Shown: one piece after another, positions 12,088 through 24,266 of the stretch
How positions within the stretch are numbered: the first letter of the stretch is position 1
How the letters are laid out: every line of letters starts with the position of its first letter
Assembly (NCBI GenBank): GCA_026936335.1
Contig: JAPMXV010000004.1
Coordinates: forward strand, 62,001 to 126,000
Reading direction: 5' to 3'
From: Mantamonas sphyraenae STR306
Taxonomy: Eukaryota; Protista; CRuMs
DNA: 64,000 bases
The notes under the pieces: model-generated
Told to the model about the DNA's origin: nothing
Seen by the model: the letters and a program-made list of their open reading frames with translations, nothing else
The model's database searches: none
Position numbers and translations under genes: made by a program

Positions 12088-14673
12088 ATGTCATCGCAAG
12101 GTGCGGCGTGTCCGTTTTGCCAACGACGGTTTGCCAACACAGAAAGCATGGGGATGCACTCGTTACACTGTGAATCCCGACCTGTGATGTTGGGAGCAAA
12201 TGGATCTGGAAGTGGGGGTGGGTCGTCGCCGTCGCCGTCGCTGCGGAAACGGTCGTCGCGGAAGAAGCGTGGCACACGACGAAGCAGTGGTGGAGGGGAC
12301 AAACTGCCCCTCTTTGTGGTGTGTTACGTGTGTGGCCGACAGTACAGCACGTCCAGCATTGGCATCCACATGTCCTCGTGCAAGGAGAGACACGCACGGG
12401 TGCAGGCCTCCGTACCCGATGCTCGCAAGCACCCCCTGAGCGCAGGACCGCAGATGGCCCTGCCCACAGCCGACGACGACGAAGGGTACATCAATCTGTA
12501 CAACATGGAGGCACACAAGTTGTATGCAGCGCACATGCCACGCTGTGAGGACTGCGGCAGCGTGTTTTCCGACGAGAACGCCCTGGAGAAGCATCTGAGG
12601 CGATGCAAAGGCAGTTCCGGGAATGGAAGCACCCACGGAAGCCACAGTGGGTCATTGGGGGGCTCTTCATTGGCAGATGTGGCATTGACGCCGCCTGCCA
12701 AGCGGACGAGCAAACCAAAGGCACTTGTGTGCTACACATGTGGCAACGAGTACAGCACATCGTCGATTGACGTGCACCAACGCAACTGTCTGCGTCGTCA
12801 GGAGGAGGCCCACGCGGCTGTGGCGGCGAGGATGGAGCGGCAATTCCCGGGATCGGCGCCTGCCTTTGTCACGCCTGAGCAGCCACGCACACCCATGCCA
12901 GGTAGCAAGGACAGTGGCCAGTTCTTCAAGTTGTACAACCAAGAGGCACGTGCAGTGCATCAGGCGGCCACAGAGGTGGTGTGTGTGCAGTGTGGCACCA
13001 CGTGCACGTCGATCCAATCGCTGCAGGAGCATGTGGTCAACGGCCTGTGTGGCAAGGCCATGAAGGAAGCAGCAGCAGCAGCAGCAGTGGCCAAACGCAA
13101 AGCTGCACAACGTCAGGCACAACAGGAGCAGCAATGGGAGCGGCAAGCACGCGGAGGATCCTCCTCCTCCTCCTCCTCGTCACCAAACAAGGGTGCCAAA
13201 CATCGTCCTGTGCAGCTGCTGTGCTATGTGTGTGGCCATCAGGTGGCTGCAGAGGAGTTGGAGGAGCACCATGCGTTGTGCGAGGCACGATTTGAGCGGC
13301 AACAAGCGAAACTGCCCGTGCATTTGCGCACACAGCTGGGCCAGGCACCGCAGTTGGATGTGCAACTGTCGCAGATGAACACACCGGCACAGAAGCGCGA
13401 GTATGTACGATTGTATGACGAATTGGCGTTGAGGGAGTTTCAGCAGAGTCAGCTGTTCTGTCCGCATTGCGATCGTGCCATCGATGCCAGCGAAGATGCG
13501 GTGGCACACATCTCAGGCTGTCGGATGCGACTGGTGAAGCAACGCAAGGCCAACACGGGGGCGAGCCGGTGGGGCACGCAGGCAGAAGAGGAGCGTAGGG
13601 GGGGCGTAAGGAGGGAGCAGGATGCGGAGGACGACGAACAGGATGAGGAGGCTGTGTTTCTGTCGCCTGCAAAGACACGAGCAGCTGCACAACGTCGATC
13701 GATCATGCATGGACGCAGGCGAAACGTGGACACGGGTGTGGGTGGGAAGGTGGAAAGACGAGGGAGTGGCAGCAGCAAGAGCAGCAGCGGAAGCAGTGGC
13801 AAGGGCGACAAGCGAAGAAGCAAGAAACGGAAGGGGAAGGGGAGGCAGAGCAAGCCAGTGGTGGTGGTTAAGGAGACACCACCACCACGACCCCAACCGT
13901 CATCGTCATCGTCGTCGTCGACATCATCATCGCAGAGACGACGTGTGGTGGTGGATGACCTCGTGGAAGATGACGACGAGGACGATGGTCGATCGATGAC
14001 GACAACCACCACCCACAGCACACGCAACACCACCACCACACACGACGCGTCGCCGTCACGTGCACAGTGGAAGGTGAAAGCACCCATGTCACCAGGGTTG
14101 CAGGCCAAGTTGCCCAATTGGCAACGCAAGGCGTTGGACACAGATGCCATCGAGAACATGATCCAGCGCCTGGAAGAGTCTGTGGGTGTGAGCGAGAGCA
14201 AGCAGGGTCCAGGCACACCCACACCCAAGACACCACGGAGAAAGACACCGAAAAGGCAGGAGAAGCAGCAGGAAAGTCACAGCAGCAGCGGGGGAAGTGG
14301 AAGAAAGAGCGCTTGGATGCGTCCGTCCACAGGAGTGGCTGTGGGCAGCAGGCGACGTCTGTCTGCGTCAGGATCAGGATCAGGATCACAGGACCATGTG
14401 CTGGTGATCGATACCACGACAACGACAACCACCAACAAGAGTGGGGGTGGCCGAGCAAGAGGATCGGTGTTTCATCTCGATGACGACGGTCACACACGAC
14501 AGGAAGAGGAAGAGGATGTGGAAGAGGAGGAGGAGGAAGAGCATAGGATGCCGCCGAGGCGTCCCAAGACAAGTGTGGCCAGTGCGCAGCGGGCACGTTT
14601 CTGCAGCCAGTGTGGCAACGAGTTTGCATCGGACGCACGGTTCTGTTCCATGTGCGGCAATGCACGGCAGTGA
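12088..14673 (+). CDS. Multi C2HC zinc-finger protein (ZNF474-like) with C-terminal double zinc ribbon
   Basis: Repeated CYxCGxxYSTSSIxxHxxxC fingers and terminal FCSQCGNEFASDARFCSMCG. Confidence 0.8.
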   Translation: MSSQGAACPFCQRRFANTESMGMHSLHCESRPVMLGANGSGSGGGSSPSPSLRKRSSRKKRGTRRSSGGGDKLPLFVVCYVCGRQYSTSSIGIHMSSCKERHARVQASVPDARKHPLSAGPQMALPTADDDEGYINLYNMEAHKLYAAHMPRCEDCGSVFSDENALEKHLRRCKGSSGNGSTHGSHSGSLGGSSLADVALTPPAKRTSKPKALVCYTCGNEYSTSSIDVHQRNCLRRQEEAHAAVAARMERQFPGSAPAFVTPEQPRTPMPGSKDSGQFFKLYNQEARAVHQAATEVVCVQCGTTCTSIQSLQEHVVNGLCGKAMKEAAAAAAVAKRKAAQRQAQQEQQWERQARGGSSSSSSSSPNKGAKHRPVQLLCYVCGHQVAAEELEEHHALCEARFERQQAKLPVHLRTQLGQAPQLDVQLSQMNTPAQKREYVRLYDELALREFQQSQLFCPHCDRAIDASEDAVAHISGCRMRLVKQRKANTGASRWGTQAEEERRGGVRREQDAEDDEQDEEAVFLSPAKTRAAAQRRSIMHGRRRNVDTGVGGKVERRGSGSSKSSSGSSGKGDKRRSKKRKGKGRQSKPVVVVKETPPPRPQPSSSSSSSTSSSQRRRVVVDDLVEDDDEDDGRSMTTTTTHSTRNTTTTHDASPSRAQWKVKAPMSPGLQAKLPNWQRKALDTDAIENMIQRLEESVGVSESKQGPGTPTPKTPRRKTPKRQEKQQESHSSSGGSGRKSAWMRPSTGVAVGSRRRLSASGSGSGSQDHVLVIDTTTTTTTNKSGGGRARGSVFHLDDDGHTRQEEEEDVEEEEEEEHRMPPRRPKTSVASAQRARFCSQCGNEFASDARFCSMCGNARQ

Positions 14674-14797
14674 GGGCGGGGGAGTGTGTGTGTGTGTGTG
14701 AATGGAATTCCATCGTCCACTCTCATCCAACCTCTGGAACGGATGCGCCATCGAACCCACCGCCGAAACCGTTTTACAGTTTCAAACTCCCGCCAGA

Positions 14798-15971
14798 ATG
14801 TCTACGAGCGAGAACAAGATTGTGAACATTGCCCTGATGGGAACAGGCTACTGGGGCAAGCATTACGTGCGCCTGCTGAACGAGCTCAACGACTCGTTCA
14901 ACCTGGTCAAGGTGTGCGACCTTAACCAGCAGGTGCTGGATGCCCTCGCGGTCAAGTACCCGGACACCTCGTTCACCACGGACCCCAGCGACGTCTACGA
15001 CAACGAGGACATCCAGGCAGTGGTGGTGGTGACCCCGGCCACCATCCACTACAAGGTGGTCAAGGGTACGTTGTTCCTACGCGCAGAGGCGTTGCCAGAG
15101 AGCGTGTGTGGTTCCGGGAGGCCCGGCAAGGCTACATGCATCGTCGTTTGAGGCTGCGCGCTGACGATCCCCACTTTCCCACACCACACACCACACAGAA
15201 TGCCTGAACAAGGGCAAGCACGTGCTTGTGGAGAAACCCATCACAGTGAACGTGGAGGAGGGCCAGGAGCTTGTGGATCTGGCCAAGGAGAAGGGCCTCA
15301 TCCTGATGGTGGGCCACACCTTTTTGCACAACACGTCGGTGCACCGCGTGAAGGAGGAGATGCAGAGCGACAACTTTGGCGACATTTACTACCTCAACGC
15401 CACCCGCACGAACCTTGGACCCTTCCGCGACGACGTGAACTGCTCGTGGGACCTTGCGCCGCACGACATTTCCATGTTTCTGTACCTGACGGAAAAGAAG
15501 GCCCTGTGGGTGTCTGCCACGGGCACCAAGGTGCTGGGCACGGACAACGTGGACACGGCATTCATCAGCATCGGGTTTGAGGACAACGTGCTGGGACACA
15601 TCACGTGCAGCTGGTGCGAGCCGAACAAGGTGCGCACGCTGGTCTGCGTGGGCTCCAAGGAGCGTGTCACCTTCAACGACACCTCCCAGCTGGAAAAGGT
15701 GCGCATCTTCAACAAGGGTGTGGGCATCAACAAGGAGGGCACCACCGACGGCACCCTCGGCAGGCACAACCTGGACATCCGCGACGGCGACATTGTCTCC
15801 CCGTACATTGCCCAGGCTGAGCCCCTCAAGGCCCAGGTGCTCGAGTTTGCCCGCTGCATCGACACCGGTGACATTCCCATGTCCGATGGCCAGCTCGGTG
15901 TCGATGTCGTTGCCATCCTGGTCGCTGCCGACAAGAGCATGGAGAACAACGGTGCCCCCGTTGAGCTTTAA
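14798..15971 (+). CDS. Gfo/Idh/MocA-family NAD(P)-dependent oxidoreductase, 2 exons
   Basis: IALMGTGYWG, TPATIH, GKHVLVEKP, LMVGHTF and WDLAPHDISM. Intron about 15066-15199. Confidence 0.92.
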
Positions 15972-16047
15972 GCTTTTTGACGAGTACACACACACACTCT
16001 CTCTTTCTCTTTCTCTCTCCCTTCCTCCATTGTCTTGTGCGCTGCGC

Positions 16048-16601
16048 TTACTCTGTGGCCACCTTGGGTGACGATCCAGGCCGTGTTCCTGACAAGGAGG
16101 TGGCGACCACCTGCAGAGCTGCGCTGGAGCGGGATTGGCTGGGCTGGGCTTCGATGTCTGCATGAAGGGCATTGGAACGTGTGCCCAATGGCCTCCTCAG
16201 CAGCTGTTCGGCACTGTTCTGTGCACGCAGCGACGCCGTGACGCGGTTGCCCAGCAGCGGACGCAGAAACTCTTGTGCACGGCGGCTGTTGCGCAGCAGA
16301 CGCATAAGGACGTAGGACTATACGGAGACAACCGCCCGGGGATGGAATTGGGGACAGTCACACAGCGGTAGCAACCCATCGGGGTCACATAGGACAAGTG
16401 CGGCGGGTGAGCGAAGAAGAAGGCGGAATGACGCGCGGGAAAGTCACAGGAAAAGCCACGCACCAGTCCAATCAGGTGGACGATCACGAGAAGAATAATA
16501 AAATAGTGGGTGGACGAGTATCCATTGGTGGTGTTGCCGTCGGCGCCTCCGTCTGTGTCTGTGTGCACAGGAATGGGTGTCACATCCGGCGGAAGGGGCA
16601 T
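16048..16601 (-). CDS. Small single-pass membrane protein, 2 exons
   Basis: TM helix YFIILLVIVHLIGL|SYVLM is completed across a gtgcgt...tatag intron. Confidence 0.5.
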
Positions 16602-16642
16602 TTCGGTTGGCTAAACACCCGCACGAGCGTTTCCATGCGTTT

Positions 16643-17362
16643 TCAATGGTGGCAGATTCCACCACACTGAGGAGCAGAGTTGCAGGCAGCAGGCAGCACA
16701 AAGTTGCTTGCTGGCTGGGGCGCATCGTTCCATCCATCCAACTGATAAGTGATTTCCTTGATGTTCACCTTGCCCGGCTTGGCTTCGTGGAACTGGCAAG
16801 GCATCACCTTGCCACTGTCGTGCACAAAGTCCGAACTGACGAGGAAGTGGTTGACAAAGGCACCCTGGACCAGATACTCGTCGCAGGTGATGTTGTGGCC
16901 GTCGCCCATGTCCACCACTTGCTTGCCGTTGTACTTGCCCTCCTGTGCCCACGTGGGCTTCACCACTCCACATGGGATGGGTCCACTCTCACTCAGGCAG
17001 CACCAGCAGCACTTGTCCGTGTCTGGAAGGTACACGTAGCGCGCGTGCGGGTTGATGTACTCCTCGCATTCTTGTCCCTCGTCGGCGCCGGCTGCGAGAC
17101 AGATCTCGTCGTACTGGCCGATGCTATGGTGGAGGTACTGTGACTTGAGGTCATAGTTGTAGGATGTGGTGATGTTCCACGTGTAGCTGGCGCCCTGCGC
17201 AGACACCCAATGTTCGTGCATCGTTGCCGCGTACTGCGACGGCAGCACCGGTCCTCCGTCTCCAACAGAACGCACAGGTGCAACCTGCACCTCCATCGCA
17301 AGGACACACACACATACACACGTCAGCAGCAGCAGCACAGTGCCTGTTGTTGTCATGGTCAT
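16643..17362 (-). CDS. Secreted cysteine-containing protein, probably ependymin-related (EPDR/LolA-like fold)
   Basis: Signal peptide, P.LP.QY start, YNYD, YVYLPDTDKCCWCC...CGVVKPTW and C-terminal F.LP..C. Confidence 0.6.
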   Translation of the reverse strand: MTMTTTGTVLLLLTCVCVCVLAMEVQVAPVRSVGDGGPVLPSQYAATMHEHWVSAQGASYTWNITTSYNYDLKSQYLHHSIGQYDEICLAAGADEGQECEEYINPHARYVYLPDTDKCCWCCLSESGPIPCGVVKPTWAQEGKYNGKQVVDMGDGHNITCDEYLVQGAFVNHFLVSSDFVHDSGKVMPCQFHEAKPGKVNIKEITYQLDGWNDAPQPASNFVLPAACNSAPQCGGICHH

Positions 17363-17410
17363 GGTGTGATGGGAGAAAAAGTTGCGACGCCCGCGCACCC
17401 ATCCCAAACC

Positions 17411-18430
17411 ATGCTACGCTTCTCTGGCACCCAATTGGCAGAGACCGTGGCTGAAACATCCAAGAGGAAACATGAGGAGGAGGAGGAGGAGGAGCGAGTG
17501 CACACGTTGGTGGTGGGTCCTGGTTTGGACAACAGCGGCATGGACGCCCTGTGTGCCCTCGTGAGCCGCCATCCATCCCTCACCACTCTCAATCTGCGTG
17601 GCAATCGTTCACTCTCGGATATTCGTCCCCTCGTGGCTGTCCTCAAACGCATGCACGTGCAGCGACTCGATTTGGCAAAGACGGCGCTGCGCAACGCGTC
17701 GCAGGAGGCCCTGGTGGATCTAATGCACATGAAGCGCGAGCTGGTGGATGTCAACTTGGCGGGGGTGGCCATCACCTCGTCGTTCACCACCCTGCTGGCC
17801 GACAGGTTGGAAAACGGGGAGCTTCGGCACCTGCTTTCCGTCCACCTCGGTGTGCTGCCACGCACACACAACACCTTTGAGAAAACTCTGGACAGGGAGT
17901 TGACCACCAACCAAGGCGTGTGGACAACCATGTATGAGCTCGCGGGTGCGGGTGACGTCCAGCAACTGGTTTGGATGAACATGACGATGGGCGTCCCCGT
18001 GCACACACGACACCCGTGGCACTCTGGATCGCTGCTGTTGCATGCAATCAAACACGACCGGGAACAAGTTGTCCGCTTCATTCTCTCGTTTCCCAACGCA
18101 CCCACGCCGGATTTGTGGCAGGCGCGCGTGCTGCCACACGTGCGGATCTCGCGAGCCCTGGCACAGTACCAGGAGTTGGGCCATTTCCAACGCATCTGGT
18201 CGCGCAAGACACACTTTGCATGTCCTACTGTGGTGGAGACGGTTGTGGAAACCGCACTGATGATGAACGAGACGGAGGAAGAACGGTTGTTTGACGTGGG
18301 TTCCATTGAGGCGTACGAACCCACACACGCATGGCTGGTGCAACCCATGGAAGTGCTGGATCGCATCTTTGGCCACGTGGTGGGCGACGGCATGGGATGG
18401 TGGGACGTTGGCGCACCAGCCCTCACTTGA
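17411..18430 (+). CDS. Leucine-rich-repeat protein with ankyrin-like segment
   Basis: LTTLNLRGN, VQRLDLAKT and LVDVNLAG repeats, then GSLLLHAIKHDREQVVRFIL. Confidence 0.65.
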   Translation: MLRFSGTQLAETVAETSKRKHEEEEEEERVHTLVVGPGLDNSGMDALCALVSRHPSLTTLNLRGNRSLSDIRPLVAVLKRMHVQRLDLAKTALRNASQEALVDLMHMKRELVDVNLAGVAITSSFTTLLADRLENGELRHLLSVHLGVLPRTHNTFEKTLDRELTTNQGVWTTMYELAGAGDVQQLVWMNMTMGVPVHTRHPWHSGSLLLHAIKHDREQVVRFILSFPNAPTPDLWQARVLPHVRISRALAQYQELGHFQRIWSRKTHFACPTVVETVVETALMMNETEEERLFDVGSIEAYEPTHAWLVQPMEVLDRIFGHVVGDGMGWWDVGAPALT

Positions 18431-21400
18431 AAATGCTGCGAGTCCACGCCTGATCCACCAGCATGGAGCAGCCTTTGACTGCACCCGCGTGTTGTTCAAG
18501 TATGAGGTCGATCTCCACCGCAGAAACCTGCGCTTCTTGCAGTTTGCTGCGGGATGCGGCCACGTCCGTCTCCCTGACAGCCCGGCAGCTCTCCAAATGC
18601 GACCCAAACGCAGCCTGGCCCTCCACATGCTCACTATAGAACTGAGCACCCTTGTCGGTGGCACACAGGATGTCCTTGCCAACGCCCAGCACCAGGTCGC
18701 CCACAGCCGCATAGGTCATCACCACGTTCATGCGCTGTGCGCTCTGTGCCATCTGCTCCACATCCACCAAGCCGGCAAACGCCAACGTACTCTTGATGAG
18801 GTCGGCGATCCACCGCTGTGTAAGTGCGCTGTTTGTCAACTGGGCGCGCAGACATTCAACATCCATTCGACAGTACCAGTAGTTGGACATCAGCAAGGGG
18901 AACGCGTGTTCTGCCCGCTCGTTCACATCGTCCATGGTGCTCACAAACTCTGTGGTCCATGTCCACCAGTCAACGCCCCAAAGGGCATCGTTGTTCTTGC
19001 ACACTTCTTTGACCAGTGCTTGGATCTCGTGCGGTGGGTAGCCCTTTTCCACCATCCACGGCAATGCACTCGTCATTGCCGCCAAGGTGCAACTGTTCAA
19101 GCTCAAGGCCACGTAGACTGTCGAACGCATTTGGAACTGGGTGTTGAACAGCACGTTGAGGACGGGCGTCAGTGCCCGTTGCGCAGCCCCCACCATTTCC
19201 AGCAGGAACGTTGGCGAGATGCGTGTGCCTTGCGCAAACATGTGGTTTTCCATGGTTTCTGACTCCAACCATCCTCGAAGCACGACCACAGGCGCAGTCA
19301 CAAGGTTGTCCAAGCTCATGTCATCGCCATTCTCCTCCACCATTTTGTACGAATCCCAGCAAAGATTCCTCAGCTTGCTCGAACACTCCGTATACTTGTT
19401 TGTGTACTCTTCATCGTGGATCATCCGGTAGAATTTGGTCAGGCGCATGAGCAGCATGTACGCGTGGACAACCTGGACAAACGCACGCAAGCGCCCGTTC
19501 TCCATCATGCCACACACCTTGTCAAAGTCACTCGACTGCTCCTCGTACAGCTCCACCAACCCACGCAAAAAAACACCGTACTCCTCCGTTCGCATCAGCT
19601 CCCGTGCCTCGTCGTCCATGTCCGGAAGTGCCGAGATCTCCTCCTTCTTCTCCCTCAACTCCAACAACAGTTTGATGTGCACCCGGTAGGTGTGGATCAG
19701 CGTGGTGGCCAACGCATTGCACACGTTCAACAGCGCGCCCACTTTGTCCGAGAATCGATCCACTGTCTCTTGGATGTTCTGCTGTTGCTCATCGAGCGCA
19801 ACCAATGCGTCATGAAGTTGCACCTTGTCCTCCCACAGAGCCTCGTCGGAGCGCAGCTCAAAGTAGGCAAGTAGATTCATCATCACCTTGATCATTGCCA
19901 TGTTGGCACCCACAGCTTCGTTGAACATGTTTGCTCGCTCCACATCCTGCAGATACCCCTTGCGCTGCACCAATTCCCTCGTGTTGGTGGCCAGCTCAGA
20001 GACCTCCCTGCCCATCGCACGTGCCACGCGCCAGTGCGTGCGATATAGGGCATCGTTGGACAGCAGCAGTTGCCGCATGATGACCACCGACGCGTGGAAC
20101 ACGTACAACGACCCAAACACCATGTCCTCATCCGACGCTTCTTCCACGTTGGACCAACCATCGTGCACAATGCCATGCATCTCCTCGGCCATCGTGTCGT
20201 CAAAGAGATGGGCCAGCTGTCGCCATGTTTCGCGAATGTCACCGGTTGCTTGTGTTCCCAACTCCCCCGCCACACTTCTGCTCGACAACAGAAGCATCTG
20301 GTAGAAAGCCATGCGGCATGGCAGGTTCCAGTTTTCCTTATCGGAAACCTCATTCGATTCCAACGCCGAAAGCTGGTGTCCCTCCGGGGTGGTTGGTTCA
20401 TCTCCCGAAGCACTGGAGCGGAACGCTTCATCTTGCGTGTTGACGCCACGTCGTACAGACTCTTCCACATCTTGCACACGAGCGTAGCCAAGCAATTGCG
20501 TCGTGATCCACCGCTTGTCAAACACAAGCAGAATCGTGTTCAGGTGAGAGAGTTTGAATCGCGATGCAGAAAGGCTTGCGTACAAAGGCTGACCAAGCTT
20601 CAACGCACGCGTCGCACTGTTGATGTGGCCTTGATACACCAACAACGCACTCCCTGGCGTCCCTTCTTCAAGCCATGCCACATGCATCTCGATGTGAATG
20701 GGAATCCACACCACCCGCGCAGGCGACGACGACGACGACGATGATGATGATGATGATAAAGGCAATGCTTGCAGGTTGGTCGATGAAACAATGCCTGGCA
20801 CTGTGGAAACGGACAAACCAGCAGCAAGGCCGATGCCTTCGACGAGTCCCGGCGCCGCTTCCACCTGCTTGTCCTCCACCAGGCCTACACTGTCGTCTTT
20901 CCCATTCAGAGGTCCCCAGTTGAACTCATCCATGGCCTGTGCGTACACCTTGAGCCGCATGTGGTTCGTGATCTCCCGTTCATCGACAACGAAGCCCAGT
21001 TGATCGCGCACAAGCGCATACCCATCCGGCAGCAGTTTCTCCACCATCAACTTCTCCGTCACTGTCGTCTCCCTGGGCAATTCGTTCGCATAGCAACACT
21101 CGTACTGCACGCGTCGGAACGCAGTGCGCACCAGCGTCATCTCGACGTCGTCCAGATCAATGTCCCACGGCTGCGTTTCCAGCGCCCACACCTCATCCAA
21201 CAGCCCATACTGTTCCACTACACGCTTGAAATCTCCCGGATGGTCCTGGAGCTGTACCACCGTTGTGTCGACGTACTCGCGCACCATCTCCAACGCCAGC
21301 TCTTCCAATTGTGCTTTCGCAGCCGCCGCTTCTCCTTCAGACCCTGCATCGTCACCCAAGCCACCGCTGCTGCTACTGCTGCTGCTTGAGTGTGTATGCG

Positions 21401-22334
21401 CATCTTTGGTGGAGAACGTGCTTGCCATCACTCCCTCAACCATGCCCTGATGGTCCACCTGTGCGCGTTTCGCCTCTTCCTCGGCAAACTTGTCCATTCC
21501 TTCTTCCATCATCTCCATAAAGCGGCTGCGTATCAGCTTCACGGCAGCGTCCAGACCAACGAGCATCGCCTCGCGTTTGGACATACTCCCCACCTCGGGC
21601 AGCACTGCTGCGGACCCTGCGGCCATCTCCGCCTCCACAACCGACTCGTCCACGCGCCGCATGGTGTGCACCAGCAGACATTTCGTGTCGCCGAAATCCA
21701 CATGTTCCACGATCTTCATCGTGTTTGGATCCCTGTCCATCGCATGCGTCATCATCACACACCGTGTCAACGTCAAGGTTTGGAAGAGAAAACACGAAAA
21801 GTCAGGAAAATCGCATCACACAACGTACGTCAAGCGGAACGCTTGAAGGCCCACTGCATGGCCTTCTTTGGTCCACAAATACATCACAGCAGGGTTGGCA
21901 TTGAAGGACGCCGTAAAGACCTGCTCCTCACGTTGCCCATTCGCAGAGTGCCAGCGCCGGCACAGTAGATCTGGCGTGAACTGCCACCACTGCGGCCAGC
22001 GCTCGCTCTCGCTCTTCCACACTCCCAACAGCCTTGTGAACCAGCCCAGGACCTCACCCGACTGGCAGGCTGCAGAAATGGCCTCTTGCTCCGCCTTGTC
22101 CGTCACACTGACGCCCAGCTCCTCCGGGTCTCGAAGAATCTTTGATTGCAGGGTGGTTGCGTCCACCACCACGTTCCACTTGCCCAGATTCTCCGAAAAT
22201 GGTTTGACGCTTGGCACGAGTTTGTAGTGCCACAGCTTGCCCACTCGTAGCTGTTCTTCAGACGCTGTGGGCTGAGTGGCCACCGGTGTGGTGGGCAGTG
22301 GTTGTTGTTTTGTGGTTCCCTTTTTGTCACTCAT
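18423..22334 (-). CDS. Large uncharacterised, mostly helical protein (about 1270 aa), 2 exons
   Basis: ORFs 21816-22367 and 18423-21776 join in frame via a gtacgt...gacag intron (about 21733-21828). No family recognised. Confidence 0.7.
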
Positions 22335-22409
22335 GGTCCGAGGTTGCATGCGACTGCGCAGATTCATTCATCTTCTTGATTCACATCATCCATGCTTTCC
22401 CAACTGCAG

Positions 22410-22440
<31 letters not shown>

Positions 22441-22589
22441 GCACGTTTGCACAGCACACTCGCGCAGAGGCCGACCCAATCTTTTCCAACCACCCGTTGA
22501 CCATGTGTCAAAGCCCCGTTCTGTGCGACTGTGACATGAGTCACATCCTGTTCCAACCGTTTGGCAAGACACGGGCCCAGAAACAAGCA

Positions 22590-24254
22590 ATGACAACGCT
22601 GCAGATCTTGTGGGGTTGTCTGTTCCTCTTTGGCGGCATCTACCTCTACCTGAACGCAGAAGGTGGTGCCATGTTGCCTCCGGCGCCTGGTTTCCAGACT
22701 GCGCAGTCATCCTTCTTCAACGAGAGCTTCAATGACGTGACGCGGACGTGGTTTTCCGTAAACACAACCTCCGTCACAGAGCTGAAGGCAGTGTCCCCAC
22801 GCGCAAATGATGAGGCTGTGTGGAAGGGTGCCATTGATCCCAAGCAGGTGGGTGTGTTCAACATCCATCGTTCACACGAAGCCACCCTGGACCTTGGAGG
22901 CTACGTTCCAGACAAGGTCCTGACGCTTGACCTGTGCATGGACGAGTTTAAGCTCAACACATCCTTTTCCTATGTCTTTCGCATGGCATCAACCCGTGAG
23001 CAGGGTGTGGTGACCTCCAGGAGGCAGTGTTCGCGTGGCGTGCAGATTCCTGTGATGCGAAGCAACAACGGCAAAAGCTACGTTGCGAAGCGTGCTTGCG
23101 TCATGGTCACAGAGTTTGCCAACTTTGCATTGCAGTTCTCTTCTGGCTCCGTACCTGCGCCCTGCTTCACCTCCAACGTGCCCGACATCACAAACACGCC
23201 TGTCACCCAATGGGAAGAGGTTGTGGGTCCCGGCAGCTCCACGGCCGCGCATTCCATGGTCTTTGAGGTGCGTGCCTCCAAGGACGCCACCATCTGGATG
23301 GCAAAGAACAAGCAGAACGCAGGGACACCCATCGACATGGGTGTGTACATGCACAACACAAATGAGCGGTCGATGGGAATCGACCTGGGCATCGCCTTGA
23401 TGTGGTTCAGCACCTTGGCCTACCTGGTGCCCATGACCTTTTGTTACTGCAAGGGAAGACGCACCAAAGGCGACAATCTGTATGTGTTTGTGCTGTTCGG
23501 CCTTGTCTGCATCACGGCGACGCAGTCGACCGCGCGTCCGCTTTTCCGCTCGGATTTCGCAGCCTTTCGCTACGAATGGGCCCAGTTTGGCTTTGGTGAC
23601 ATTGACAATGTGCAGTCCATCAGCATTGACGGCAAGGAGGCCGTCCGCAAGGGCTACGGCCTGATGGAGAGCATCGTCACGTTTGGCACCAGCGTGCCCG
23701 GTACACCCGCTGCCATCCATTGGGAGGCACCATCCGACAAGCTCAAGGGCTTGAGTTTCGACACCGACAAGGAGGTGGAGATCAAGTTGGACGTTGTTCC
23801 CTTTGGGGGCGGCGCAGCGCAACCGCTGTCGTTCTCCTTCCGTCCGTTCATGGAAAGCCCCGACGGCAGCAAGGTCACCGCCAAGCGAGTGTGTGTCAAG
23901 ATCAACAGCGAGGGCTTTGAGGGCAAGACGTTCCGAGTCAACACCACGTTTGGCAGTTCCGGGTGCTTCATCAACCCCGTGTCGTCGGGGCGTGCTGCAT
24001 CGCTCCATCCAGTGGCACGTGCATCGACCACCGATGACCGCGACCTCGTGGTGGAGGTGCGTGGCTCCACTGACCCCTACGTGATCCTCGATGGCTGGAG
24101 TGCCAGGCGGAGCGACTACACCGGGATGTCACGGACCGAAGATGCCATTGGAAGCACCTTGCGCACTTTCATCGCCCTTGCACTGATTGGAGGTGGCATT
24201 GGATTGCTTTCCATCGGCCTGTGTTGCGGGTGGACGCGTCGTTCCCGCGACGGT
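22590..24254 (+). CDS. Uncharacterised membrane protein with two duplicated extracellular modules; 3' end apparently interrupted by the Fanzor element
   Basis: TM-module-TM-TM-module-TM layout with paired motifs VAKRACV/TAKRVCV, CFTSNV/CFINPV and FEVRASKD/VEVRGSTD. The ORF runs on into the hairpin region to 24368. Confidence 0.65.
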
Positions 24255-24266
24255 GTATTGCTGTGT

